Part shown: piece after piece, positions 25,581-39,834 of the stretch
Layout of the letters: every line of letters starts with the position of its first letter
Numbering within the stretch: the stretch's first letter is position 1
DNA from: Octopus vulgaris
Lineage: Eukaryota
Assembly: GCA_951406725.2 (NCBI GenBank)
Contig: OX597821.1
Location: forward strand, 61,690,001-61,754,000
Length of the DNA stretch: 64,000 nt
Reading direction: 5' to 3'
Made by a program: the position numbers and the translations under genes
The notes under the pieces: generated by a model
What the model saw: the letters and a program-made list of their open reading frames with translations, nothing else
Told to the model about the DNA's origin: nothing
The model's database searches: none

Positions 25581-27531
25581 TACATATATAATTCTCGTTT
25601 CGATGTTTTTCATCATATGACTTACGGATCATGATTGGTTTACCTTATAACTATTTCTCTAAGTATGTTTTCCGTAAAGCGATAGTGTATCATCTGTTCT
25701 CTCGAAAAGCAATGGAATCTACAAATTATTTTCCACAATTAACTCGCAAACAAGCCGCATGTAAATTCTGAAAATTATGATAGATTCATATCCTCTATGT
25801 CAGCACAAAGCGTTCAACTAACCGTCTAAAAATTTAATATGGCTATAAATATACAGCTGCTCTTGAATAACCCGTCGTCGATTAATCAAATAAGTAAAAA
25901 TAAAAACTAAATATTTGGCAAAAACTAAATATTAACAAGCCATTCGTATATAACACAGTGTTTTAGTTGCTTATAAAGAAGTTGATGTTTTCGATAAATG
26001 AATTGTTTCAGTATCTTCATTTTGTATGAAGTGGTCAATTTTGGTGGCACTAAGACCTGCAGAATGTAGTGGAAACGGCATCGCGTTTCCATTTTTTAAA
26101 GTTGCATACCAATCACGAGCGGTTCTGCACAATCAAGTTAATTTATGAAAGATTCTGAAGTCATTAAATCAATAATTCTTATTCAATTTCCTATCGATTC
26201 TCTTTATCCCATCCGTATTTAATACTGCAAAATTAAATTGTCTGTATATCATGCAAATCATACAGTGCTCATTTTAATGCAGCTACTTTATAACATTAGC
26301 AGAACAACTGAATAATACAAAAACTCAATATGTGTTTGAATCACAAGACAATATTGAAGAATCTGTTAAGCAATCTTTCCAATTCTATGAAAACATCACG
26401 CACAAAAGTAATTTTCCATGACTACTTTCATAGTCAAGCTGCAAGCTATAACATATATATCTATCACATGTGATGTATGAGTGGCATAAAATTTATGGTG
26501 AGATATGAACATCCATATTGTGTGATTTCAACATATTTTTGAAAAATGTTTCAAAGAAATATATTAATACTGTAGCGAAAAAAAAAACATCTTCCAAATT
26601 ATATAAAAGCATTAAAGTTAAGTAAGTTTCGAGCTAGAGCAATGAAAATAGAATATTTTACGTACACAGCATAAAAAAAACAATTGTAAGTGAATATATA
26701 TTCAAACGATGTTCACATAATTGAAGGCGGTGAAACTGACAGAATGGATAGCACAGAAGATTGAATGCATTGCAGTACGCCTACCAGTTATGTTTGCTCT
26801 GTTATTAGATATCAACGTGGTCAAAATGCCTTTAAGGGTTTAATAAGCAAAATATCGGCCCAGGAGCGTAGGTAGACTGATTTGTTTCAGCACCGACTGG
26901 AATGCTTTATGGTACCTGTTTCGATTCATTATGTCGGTATGAGAACGCCTAGAACATTGTGGGCAAGAGAAGGGACTATTATCTTTCGATTGCATGATAT
27001 CAGCTGCGTGTAGATGGGAGATTTCCAATATATGGGAAACTGTTGTTCTAATACACATCATCGTCTAGAATGTATGTCACATGTGATATACGAACGTCCG
27101 GAATAAACTTTAATGTTGTATTTCTACTGAATCTCTAATCAAAATAAATGAAATTGAAATATCCACAAAGGGATTTATTTTCCATTCAGAAGGACTTCTA
27201 TTCGACCAGCCAAATCTCAATGGAAATGCTGTTGGCAAGAAATTAGAAATACATGCCACAAATTCAATGAATAACATCAGACGTTTCTATTACAGTTTGC
27301 CACTTTGTGGGTTAGTTGTCTGTTGCATGGCACTGGCTCCGACGAAATCTCTTAGGCTAAACACGCGTCTGTGTGCCAATCCAGAGATTTCTAGGTTCTC
27401 GCTCGCAAACACACATACGTACATACTTACTTACCTACATAGATACACTCACATACATACACACACATACATATGTGTGAGACTCCTGAGTATTAATTTA
27501 AACTGCGTCCGGCTGTAGGACACTGGTTCAG

Positions 27532-27565
<34 letters not shown>

Positions 27566-27698
27566 CAAATGAAAGACGGAAGATGGAATACACGAGAATT
27601 CATTATTAATCACAACAATTGCTTCGACACATCTGGCATCGATTCCACATGCTCAACATCTGGTTCAGATACTCAACATCTGGTTCATTATATATATA

Positions 27699-28113
27699 GG
27701 CGCAGGAGTGGGTGTGTGGTAAGTAGCTTGCTAACCAGCCACATGGTTCTGGGTTCAGTCCCACTGCGTGGCATCTTGGGCAAGTGTCTTCTGCTATAGC
27801 CTCGTGCCGACCAAAGCCTTGTGAGTGGATTTGGTGGACGGAAACTGAAAGAAGCCTGTCGTATATATGCATATATATATGTATGTGTATGCATATGTTT
27901 GTGTGTCTGTGTTTGTCCCTCTAGCATTGCTTGACAACCGATGCTGGTATGTTTACGTCCCCGTCACCTAGCGGTTCGGCAAAAGAGACTGAAAGAATAA
28001 GTATTGGGCTTACAAAGTATAAGTCCCGGGGTCGATTTGCTCGACTAAAGGCGGTGCTCCAGCATGGCCGCAGTCAAATGACTGAAACAAGTAAAAGAGT
28101 AAAAGAGTAAGAG
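27699..28113 (+). mobile_element. SINE family A, full length, low divergence
   Basis: Complete head, body and (gtaaaaga)n tail. Confidence 0.95.
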
Positions 28114-28512
28114 TATATATATATTTATATATATATATATATATCTAAATATATAACTTATACCTATTTCTCAAAAAGTATAAAATGAATGATAAATATA
28201 TAATATAAAAAGTAATAACACTACGTACGTTTCATATATAATATATATATATATCTCGTCGCGTGATAAATATATATATTTCTCGCTGGATTGCATGTTC
28301 GTTTCTCTTTTTGCCGTCTGTGATTTGATTTTTGATCTTCTATATAAACGAAGATATTTCCTCCGTTTGGTTGCTTTCCTTTTCACAAAACGGTAAGTTA
28401 CATTGCGGAACAGTTATTTTAACGAGTTGTATTTATTTATCACCCGACGAAATACATCTGCACCACCGAATGCTCCTGAACCAGTTGTTGAGTGTCCCAC
28501 CCATGAGGGATC

Positions 28513-28543
28513 ATCGCTGATGTGTCGAAACAATTGTCGCGAT
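28513..28543 (+). ncRNA. Defective hammerhead motif (stem II deleted)
   Basis: atcgc-TGATG-tgtc-GAAA-caattg-TC-gcgat: stem I, palindromic stem III, GUC site. Confidence 0.45.
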
Positions 28544-28721
28544 TAATAATAAATTTTCGTATATTCCAGCTTTATGTGATTGACATAAACCAATACAAAA
28601 ATAACAAATAATATATATATATATGATTTTTTAAAAATTTATAACTTATAACTTGATCTCAAAAAGTATAAAATGAATGATAAATATATAATATAAAAAG
28701 TAAAAACACTACGTATGTTTC

Positions 28722-28757
<36 letters not shown>

Positions 28758-28978
28758 ATATATATATACATAGATATATCATGTAATTGGATAGAATTTG
28801 AAATTCCTGAGTCAATCTGCCAATTGACGGGTTCTGTTTTTTTCTCGCAGGATGTATGTCCTTAAATCATCCTACTCGCCAAGCTGAATCAGTGGTTTTG
28901 ATGATTTTATCACCCACGGATCCTCCACACAAAACCTGCATTGGGTTATGTGTTGCCTGGACCACTCGGGAGCGACTA

Positions 28979-29009
<31 letters not shown>

Positions 29010-29458
29010 TCACACAGAGGCATATATATGTGTGCGTGTGTATATACTCATAATGTGCGTGCGCATATTTCTTTTTCCGACTGTGCATGTGTATGTGTTT
29101 AAATACCTATGAATCAAAGGTGGTAAGCAATAAACATAAAGACTAATTTTTTCATGTTAAGATTTACTTTTTCTATTACTATTACTATTGGGAATTTAGC
29201 ATTTAATTCACTTGACTTAATTACAATCGACACTAAAAATATATGCGTCGTATAAAATAATTAGCGTAGATCAGCTATTGATAACAAAAATTACTATAAT
29301 TTACATATGTATCCAGCTAACAGGAATTGTCACGAAACTTATGTTCATGTTTATATTTGGTACATGTATATTTGATTTTAATATTTTGGATTTTCAAAGT
29401 TGAAGACGCCGAACTGGCAGAGTCCTTAACATTTAGTCCCTCTTCGTGTTCTGATTTC

Positions 29459-29535
<77 letters not shown>

Positions 29536-29784
29536 AATATATATATATATATATTTATACTAAAATAATAAGGGTAGAAATTGATATCAATGATATAACA
29601 TCAATTTAAAACTAGTGGTTTGGCATATTCGAAAAAATAAACAAAATTCGAAGATTTAAAAATTATATTACAGTTAATAAGAGGAATGACAACTAAAGTG
29701 AATACCTATACGCTAGAGATAGACGTCAAATCACCGAATCCACTTTAGTGGTCATTCCTCTTATTAATTGCAATATATACATAT

Positions 29785-30363
29785 AACAGTTCTGATGTCA
29801 ACAAAACCCTTACCAAAGGCCCGCTCGATATACCGAAGAGCTTCTGTGTATGTGTGTGTGTGTGTGTGTTTGTGTCTGTTTATGTATCTGTGGGTGTTTT
29901 AATACAAGGAAGATACAATCAGGGCATTGTGATTCAATCAACCGTGTGTTAACACGGGCTTCTTAACGGCAATGTAAACTTCATTTAATCAAGATATCCT
30001 TGGCTCGAAGCGTAACCTGTTGTATATATTTGGCTTGGATATTTACCACAGATGAGGTTCCGCTAACTATGAAACATATATGGCCCGGATTTATTAACTC
30101 TATTCCTTAACTCTTGGATTTTTATTCGCATACCTGCCAACCCTAGCTATTACCGTGAAATGTTACTATTTTTTTTCAACTTATTGTACTTCGATAAAGA
30201 AAAAGTCCCAAAGCCTTCCGCCTCAATGAACCCCTATTGTTCCAGAAAGTTCTTTTCTTATATTTTCAATAGATTGGTTGAAGCTCACTTTCTTCCTACA
30301 CATCGATCCTTGGATCTTACATTTTTACATCTCTATCTATCTATCTACACACGCACACATATA

Positions 30364-30454
<91 letters not shown>

Positions 30455-30779
30455 TTATATACATACATATATATATATATATATATATGCATGTATGTGT
30501 GTATATATATATATAGAGATAGATATGCGTGTGTGTGTGTGTGTATGTATGTATAACAAACGTTCACTTCTTATTTTAAAATATATTAAGGCAGTTGATA
30601 TTTCGAAAGGAAACCAGGCTCGTTTTCCTGCTGGTGATCGGAAACACATAGCTTCCGTAACCTTCCGGAACTCTTTATTTGTACTGATTCCTATTATTAC
30701 TTCTGATTAATCAACAATGATTTACATATATATAGATAGGCGCAAACTCATGGAGAACCACAATCATATACACACACAG

Positions 30780-30821
<42 letters not shown>

Positions 30822-31210
30822 CAGTACACGCACAAACACACGCATACTCATGTTAACTTTGTGAAATTGCTCATCGTGCATAGAGACCATAGCTTTGCAG
30901 TAACATGAAATGAAAAGGAAGCAAACTAGGTTTTCTTTCAGGAGGCTCATTTGTATTAATTTACGCTTCCTTTATGATCTGCCAAATTGTAATAGCAAAG
31001 TCCCTTATTGGAATGCTAACGCACTTGTTCATGGCACAAACAATTTACTTAATAGTACACATTTGCCGGTTCATCAAAAACTATACCAGCATTAATGTTG
31101 AATGTATTATAAATAAATGTGCATACAAAATCATATCTTTATGTATATACGATCTCTCTCTAATTAATCCCGTGAGAAAACCGCCAGTTTTGCATTGCAG
31201 CCTGTTATGA
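29785..31210 (+). pseudogene. LRR relic block ending in a cap motif
   Basis: LLTLFLNSWIFIRIP, LKYIKAVDISKGNQARFP, LTHLFMAQ, IYDLSLINPVRKPPVLHC. Confidence 0.7.
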
Positions 31211-31219
31211 ACAATTGGT

Positions 31220-32272
<1,053 letters not shown>

Positions 32273-32768
32273 AAATTTATATGCATTCATTCGCCATTCA
32301 TTTCCAATCTAGAGATGAACAATTTCAGATTGCACATTTAACGTTGTACTACAAAAATGAAAGACTAGTAATCTGGTACAACCCTAACATGTGATGAAAT
32401 ATATCATCGATATATCTAATCACATATATATCATATATATCAAATATACCTTTGATCTATTTTGAGACTACTGGGTATAACTTCCTGCTACTATTTATAT
32501 CAAATGTATCTCTAACAAATCACAAAATATGGTGCAAAATTCGTAACGCATATGTTGTACTAACTAAATGCTTTTATAATCACTGGTAATTGATGTTTTG
32601 GCCACAACAACGGAAACAACAACATCATCATCATCATCATCATCATCAACAACAACAACAAGTTTAGGATATTTCTGCTATGTTTGTTTACATTTCCCTG
32701 CTTATCTGCTTCTATATTCTGTTTTCTATATATGATGTATTTCAAGATAAATCTGATTTTTCTTTCAG

Positions 32769-34584
32769 ACTAGGCGATTGGATGATTGCATTTCAGTTTC
32801 ATACATAGTACATTTCCTCAATTGTCCTATAGTACTTAACGAACAAAGATAAAATTGATAGGTCCTATTTATAAATCGAAATATTTATAAAGAAATATAA
32901 ATGCTTCTAATTAAGCGACATCAATTTACAGATTAGAAAACAACCCAACAACATCACAGACAATAAGAGTTTTTAATGCTTAAATATGTAACAATTATCT
33001 CTGAAATTGCAAACTATTGCTATTGATGAAGCTCTCCCATATTATGGCATTTCGGTACATGTTGTCTATTGAAGAAAATCGAATCGATGTATAGTGAAAG
33101 TTTTTTTACTCTTAGTTTTTGGAATAAAATATTACATATAACAGCTAGAAGAATATGTACAAGGAACTATCACGTATAACAGCGATACTATCCAGTCTTC
33201 AGTAGACTCTCGAGTCCGCTAAATCCATTTAGGCCGACAGTTACAATAAGTAATATCTCACTAAGTATTCTTTTAGATAGTGGTTACTTGTTGAATTTTC
33301 ATCTACAGAAAATAGTTTATATATTTACAAATGTTGAAAACAGAATATAAAGATATAAAAAAAGCATATAATATTAAGCTACCTATGAATAGCTTATAAA
33401 TGTTATGAACAATATCCCTTCCTGCATATTGCAGTTTACATTGGAATTATCTTCTCGCATCGAATGCTAAATAATATATTACCGTGCGTGCTTAGATATG
33501 ATTTATAGCTTGAATGGGTAATATTCACGAATACGATCACTTTCAGAGTGTTCATCTTAGTGATTACGTTTGCTTCTGGAATGTTGATAATAGATTATTA
33601 TCAATTGATGTAAATAGGAAACATTTAGCATAGTGAGGATCATTTTATTGTAAAAATAAGTGATATGGAAAGTATTATGAACATCCAATTATAATGTAAT
33701 AATTATATTGCATTAAACATAATTGAAACTCATGGATCACACGAACATTTACATTCACCGAACTATGGGAATGTATTTCTCTCGTGCTAAAAGATTGCAT
33801 TGGTATGGATTTGTGTTATGTTAAACGGTTCTGTGTACACATAAGCATCACTTGATATAGGCTATTAATTCACAGCATTTGTTCCTGTAAATTACTGGTA
33901 TTTATGTCTCTAGAGAAAGTACGAAGTTCAAGGTTTATTAAACGCTCTTTATTTAAGCTTTCCTTAACACAAATGTGAATGCGGAGTAAACGATATAAAC
34001 AATATAACAGCTATAATGACGTTCGATGAAGGAAAGTATTTTAATGTAGAATATTTATTGTGAAAGGAAATGGGGAAAGGAAAATGCAGCATTTTAATTT
34101 TATGTAAGTGTAAACGGTACAGGCTTTTTTCCTTATGTTTAAAACCATTAAAAGCTTTGTCAGAAATGGAAGAAAATGGGGGAAAAATAAATAAGTAACA
34201 TATAACAAAATAATAGATTTGAGAAACAGTGCGATCTTTAAAACTGAAATATGAAGTATATATTTGTGATTATAGAGCATACCCCTGTGTTATATTGTTA
34301 TATGGTTTTTACTGAATATAAGGACCGAATTTGAGCGATGACAAGTAATGCATTACAGGAATAGGGGCTCAGATTTATAAAAGTTTAAACCACTAAGATA
34401 ATACAACAGGTAATCAATTTTAGATGAGCTCTGTGAGAAGAGAATTCTTGAAGAACCGTGTTTGTGAAGTGTCATAGAATTGGCAATGCAACAGCTGTAT
34501 ATCAAAAGATTATATGGAAATATATAGAATTCTGCACCTTTTCAACAGTGGAAACAAGGTTATGAAAAGATCAATCACATCGGG
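32769..34584 (+). pseudogene. LRR relic block preceded by a splice-acceptor-like site
   Basis: tttttctttcag at 32757-32768; TIRVFNA, LSIEENRIDV, RLLSIDVNRKHL, ASLDIGY*FTAF, then cap-like ILEEP/VCEV/IGNATAV. Confidence 0.65.
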
Positions 34585-34833
34585 GTCGTTGAAGATACAA
34601 TATTATATTGCAAGTTATGTTGAGTGGGGAAAATATGGAACCAAATTTTGTGCATAAGTTTACTAAACTTGCAAAAAGTGTCTAAAGAATGCCACGCAAA
34701 CAAATTTGAATTTGCTACATGGGCAATGGAGGCGAAGAATTTTCGGAGAAAGAGTTACATGGTGGTTTGTATTTCGAGAGACGTGCGAAAAATTAGAAAT
34801 GAGACACACGATTGAAATTCTATTGCAAAATAG
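34585..34833 (+). pseudogene. Death-domain-like relic, followed by a GTAAG donor-like site
   Basis: Stitched across frameshifts: VEDTILY/IASYV/VGKIWNQILCISLLNLQKVSKECHANKFEFATWAM/WRRRIFGERVTWWFVFRETCEKLEMRHTIEILL; fits the GxxW..L..W death-fold pattern. Confidence 0.45.
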
Positions 34834-35044
34834 GTAAGAATTTAATTTCAGAAAGAAATAACTTTCCGAATGAATGAGAACACCTGGAAATGAAGAGTGT
34901 TAGAAATGAAGTTAAAATTTTGTAAACTAAATTCTGGTACGTAACAGAATATTGTTTCTTGAAACCTCAAAATTAACTTGGTGAGAATTATGCATATAAA
35001 ACGTAAAAAACATACATGTATATATACATGTATGTAAAACATAC

Positions 35045-35089
<45 letters not shown>

Positions 35090-35279
35090 TGTATGAATAT
35101 GTATGTATATATGTATATATATATATGTGTGTGTGTGTGTATGTATATGTATATATTGGCTCACCCCTTCCTCTTCCCTTAATATAAACCCAACATAGGT
35201 AAAAGATTCTTGTCTCCCCGAGGCAAACACTTTGCAGCATCTCACATATACAGGAATATATTTCACAGGTGTTCTTTGA

Positions 35280-36120
35280 AATTATCATACAGCTGCTGCT
35301 ATATGATAATTACATATAACTGCTTCTATATGAAGAATATCATTACACGAAATCTAAGAGCCTAAGTCCAGTTGTAACTATCGCGACCCAGAATCCTGCC
35401 GATTTTAACAACTCTATATGATTAAATCTGTCGTATATGAGGCCGAAGTTACTGTAACGCTAAATGATAATACAACAGGTAAAAAGAGCTATACTGGATT
35501 ATGTGAACGAGAATTTAAAAATCGCAATATCAATTAGATAGCCTTTTTCCGAAATTAGGACAAAATCAAAGCTACTAAATTGGCTAGCCATATATGTAGA
35601 AAATAACTGAGAAACACCCACACCTTACGTTGATAGATCAAATAAATGTAGACTATATTTAACTGAAAGAGCTCAGATCCTTTCAGATCTAAGATCCCAA
35701 ATTCTCTGCCGAAATTTAAGTCTGAAATTTCAAGTAGTTACAAACATACATATACATATATTTTGAAGAATTGGAAAATTCCGCATATACCTGATTAACT
35801 TGTTATCATTCCTGCCTTGTAATTTAAGGTGTAAGGATGATAAACCTTTTACTTTTTTATATTTTATTTTTCCGTTTTTTATTTTAAACTTCCGCGATTT
35901 CTATATGCAGCTTTCTCAGCTTTATCGCCCTTCTTATTCAATTTTTTCTAGTTCGTTATGATATGTGGGTTGTGCCTGATGGATATGAATATGATGAACA
36001 CATGAAACTATTAGTAGCACTTAAAGACATGCATGGTGTCCCTTTAAATAAAAAAAATATTTATCTCTTACCATGTGGGCTCCTTTTTCGTTGGTGTTTC
36101 TATCACGGAATTGTTCATTA
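35280..36120 (+). mobile_element. Degraded PLE 3' fragment (GIY-YIG endonuclease plus pseudo-LTR)
   Basis: IKSVVYEAEVT..KKSYTGLCEREFKNR..KATKLASHI..PYVDRSNKCRL; HHR downstream; ends in (TA)n. Confidence 0.8.
35972..36020 (+). ncRNA. Type I hammerhead motif (A9G variant)
   Basis: gtgc-CTGATGG-..atg..cat-GAAA-cta(t)tag-TA-gcac. Confidence 0.65.
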
Positions 36121-36123
36121 TAT

Positions 36124-36181
<58 letters not shown>

Positions 36182-36561
36182 GTAGCACTATGGCTGGTGT
36201 TCTAGACATTTTTGATGGCACACACTCAATGTGCTTTCTGTGACAGCTAGCCCCCAAGCTGCATTAGACCAATGGGATTTACTCCTTTCAAGCGTCGGAT
36301 GATAAAACTCCTGAAAATCATAGAAAGGCGGGGTAATTCCCACCAAATCTTACATATGCATTGTCGTGGCGTACCAGCAAATGTGTTTTATACAATTTCG
36401 ATTTACTCATAGATTGGCGATTCAGTTAGCCTCCGATTTAATACAAGAACCTGATGTTGATAAACCACAAGAATGGCCAAATATTGATATCTATCAATAT
36501 GATGGTCAGGTGTTTTAATATCCGACGCTCAGATTAAATCACTTGCTATGCAAGTACATAC

Positions 36562-36618
<57 letters not shown>

Positions 36619-36638
36619 TATATATACATATATAATAC

Positions 36639-36683
<45 letters not shown>

Positions 36684-37477
36684 GAGAGAGAGAGAGAGAG
36701 AGAGAAGGAGAGGAGAGACATTCAGAATATGTTTCGAATCAGAAATATCTTTGCCTCGTTAAGCAACACAAAAATTACCATTGCTATAGTACTGGATACG
36801 TCAAAGGAAATATATTATATGTCTTTGCAATCGAACACTAATATGTCTGGAGATGTAAAATATTTGCCATGCAGATTTGAATATTATTGATATTCTATAT
36901 CATTATTCCACAATAATGAAATTTATGTGTATCATTTCATGACAGATGTTGATTCATAGAAAGGCAAGAGGACACATGCCTTGGAAGGTGGATACTTTTG
37001 CCTTGCCTTCAGAACACAGAATCTCAAATGAAGTTGCAAAACGTCCAAGTCTGATAGCTTACCAATTCTGAGCTTCCCGAGAGCACAATCTTCCATTCGC
37101 TTTTTCTGTCACTCTATCGCCTTTACACAGGTAAGTATATGTACTCACATTTGTTGACATAGATAAACTCGTACTAATACAAATGTGTGTAGTTGTGTGT
37201 ATGTGTGTGTACTTGTGCCTATATATATATATATATAAATTTGTATGTACACGTATTTATAAGCCAATTACTCTTATCTAACAGATTTGGAAAAGAATAA
37301 AGAGGCAAATATGTGTGGGCTTTCTTTTTGAAGCTGATCGTTAAATGATATTTCTTTCATTGGCAGGGAGACTTAGAAGTGATCAAGTACAGTTGCATTG
37401 ATTGTGAATATAAAGAAAGCAGCAAAAGACAGATATCTCGATGATAAGTTAATCTTAGTTAATCGATGTCGTTCAAA

Positions 37478-37540
<63 letters not shown>

Positions 37541-38740
37541 TTATATATGTGAGGCATTTACGTGTTGACTTAATCTAGTTTGTTGTTTGTAGAGTCTAAA
37601 CACCAGGAAAAGGAAAATATATACTAAAAAAATGATAATATCACACCTTTAAGATTTTCAATTCATTATATTAAATATTTGAGATATTACTTAATTATTC
37701 GAATAACAGTTTTCAGCCTTCTGGAGATATAGGTTTCAAATAAGATTTTAGACTAAGTTTTAGTATATAATGTAAGTTCTGCCGACTACAATTCTCAGTG
37801 TGTTCTGATATATAGACCGACCAGTAAATAAAATATTTTTATAAGATATTATTCCTCCCCATAATAAAAATAAAAATAAATAAAGTATTTCTTAGGAAAC
37901 TATCTAAATTTTCACGAGTTTCAATGTTATTAGAACACAGAAAAAAAGTAGCCCGTTTCTATAAAATATCAACCTATTATTTTATACGCGTAATATTTCC
38001 GATGTCTGGAGCAAACGTTTTATAGAGAACCGAGAAGGAAATAAATACAAATGTAACAAGTATAATTCCGATTCTTGCCTAATGGTATTTAGATTATATA
38101 AGCAGAACAATGGGAGATTCACTTTGGATTATAAGATAGCCATTTATTTTTCCTACATAATATGCATTTTGTTTGGTTATCATTTTTTTTCAACTGAAGC
38201 AGATCTTCGATTACTTGCTAAGTATTATTCAGTAAAATGGGGAATAAAGGAAAGCTATTCCATTGGTAGCATGAGTACGTTTCTTTATATGATGTGTAAT
38301 TTTTATTTTTTAACATTGCCACATACGAACGAATAAACGTTCTGGCGTCGGGGTAGGATAATATAAAAATTAGAAGAGTAAGTCTATACAAGCTATACGT
38401 CTCTGTCTAGCTCGGTGTAGAAATACGTCTGTGTGAGCGTCTGTGTGTATGCATATATGTATATATATATATGTGTGTACACACACTATATAATTGCATA
38501 TATATATAAGGATATATATATATATATTCATATACATACATACACACACATATATATACACGCACTCACACACACATACACAGACACACACACATAAGTG
38601 TATAATTAAACGTATACACACACGCATATGCACAAATATATATATATATATGTGTGTATATGTATATTTGTGTATATTTCTGTACATACATGTTTGTGTA
38701 TACGTATATACTATATATATATATATATATATACATATAT

Positions 38741-38789
<49 letters not shown>

Positions 38790-38901
38790 CATATATATAT
38801 ATATATACATTATATATATATATACATACATACATATATATATACATATATATATATATACATACATATATATATATACATACATATATATATATATATA
38901 T

Positions 38902-38948
<47 letters not shown>

Positions 38949-39534
38949 CATACACACATATATATTCGTGTGTACGTGCGCGTGCGTGTGCATAGATACA
39001 TAAATTCAAATATATAATAACGTTCAGAAAATGTAAGACAGCTTAACAGTGAATCAGTTCAATCAAAAGATAAAAATGATTGAAAATCTAATAGAAAACG
39101 AATACCTTGGAGAGGATGTTATCTATTAGAAACTTCCAAAGCATTCACTGAATATAATGAAGTTTACTACGTCAATAAAGTAACGGTATGATGTGCGATA
39201 AAAAAATGTCCCATTAAACAATAGAACTAAACAATACAACAATAAAATTAATTGATAAATATAGAAACGGTATTCATTGTGTTCGATAGTAATAAACCGT
39301 ATCGAGCTATATAATGGATGAAGTTAGAAAGATATAGGTGTACAATGTAGCGTTTCAATTTTAACAACATTTTTTACAGATTTTAAAATTTGATATGCTA
39401 TCCATGTACATATATGCGTTTAGGAACTTTCATTAGCATAAATTAAACCTCTGTATTTCACGCTATTCATTGCTAGTGCCAGATAAATGTTTTGTATTAT
39501 AATTAAATATAAGTATGTATATATATTTGTATAA

Positions 39535-39585
<51 letters not shown>

Positions 39586-39759
39586 TACATATATATATAT
39601 ATGTATATATATATATATGTATACATATATATATATACAAACATACATAGATGCATATATGTGTATACATATATAGGTTCATATAGATGTAACTACATAT
39701 ATTTATAAAGATAAACACACAAACGCACACATATATGTGTATATATATACATATATATT

Positions 39760-39805
<46 letters not shown>

Positions 39806-39834
39806 CGCTTTACAGGCTTCTTTACGGTGGTGTA

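Larger units (their letters stand above)
25583..28975 (+). pseudogene. LRR relic segment with cap-like end (split by SINE/PLE insertions)
   Basis: KEVDVFDK*IVSV, IKSIILIQFPIDSL/PSVFNTAKLNCLYI, IQKLNMCLN, KHLPNYIKALKL, IDISCNWIEFEIPESICQLTG, LSPTDPPHKTC. Confidence 0.75.

Noticed and set aside
26615-28855. Intron defined by GTAAGT at 26622 and ttttctcgcag at 28850
   Set aside because: LRR-like translation continues through both sites, so they are probably chance matches.
38370-39017. Long [12 protein letters not shown] ORFs here and throughout the ORF track
   Set aside because: Translations of (TA)n, (CA)n and (TG)n microsatellites; not genes.
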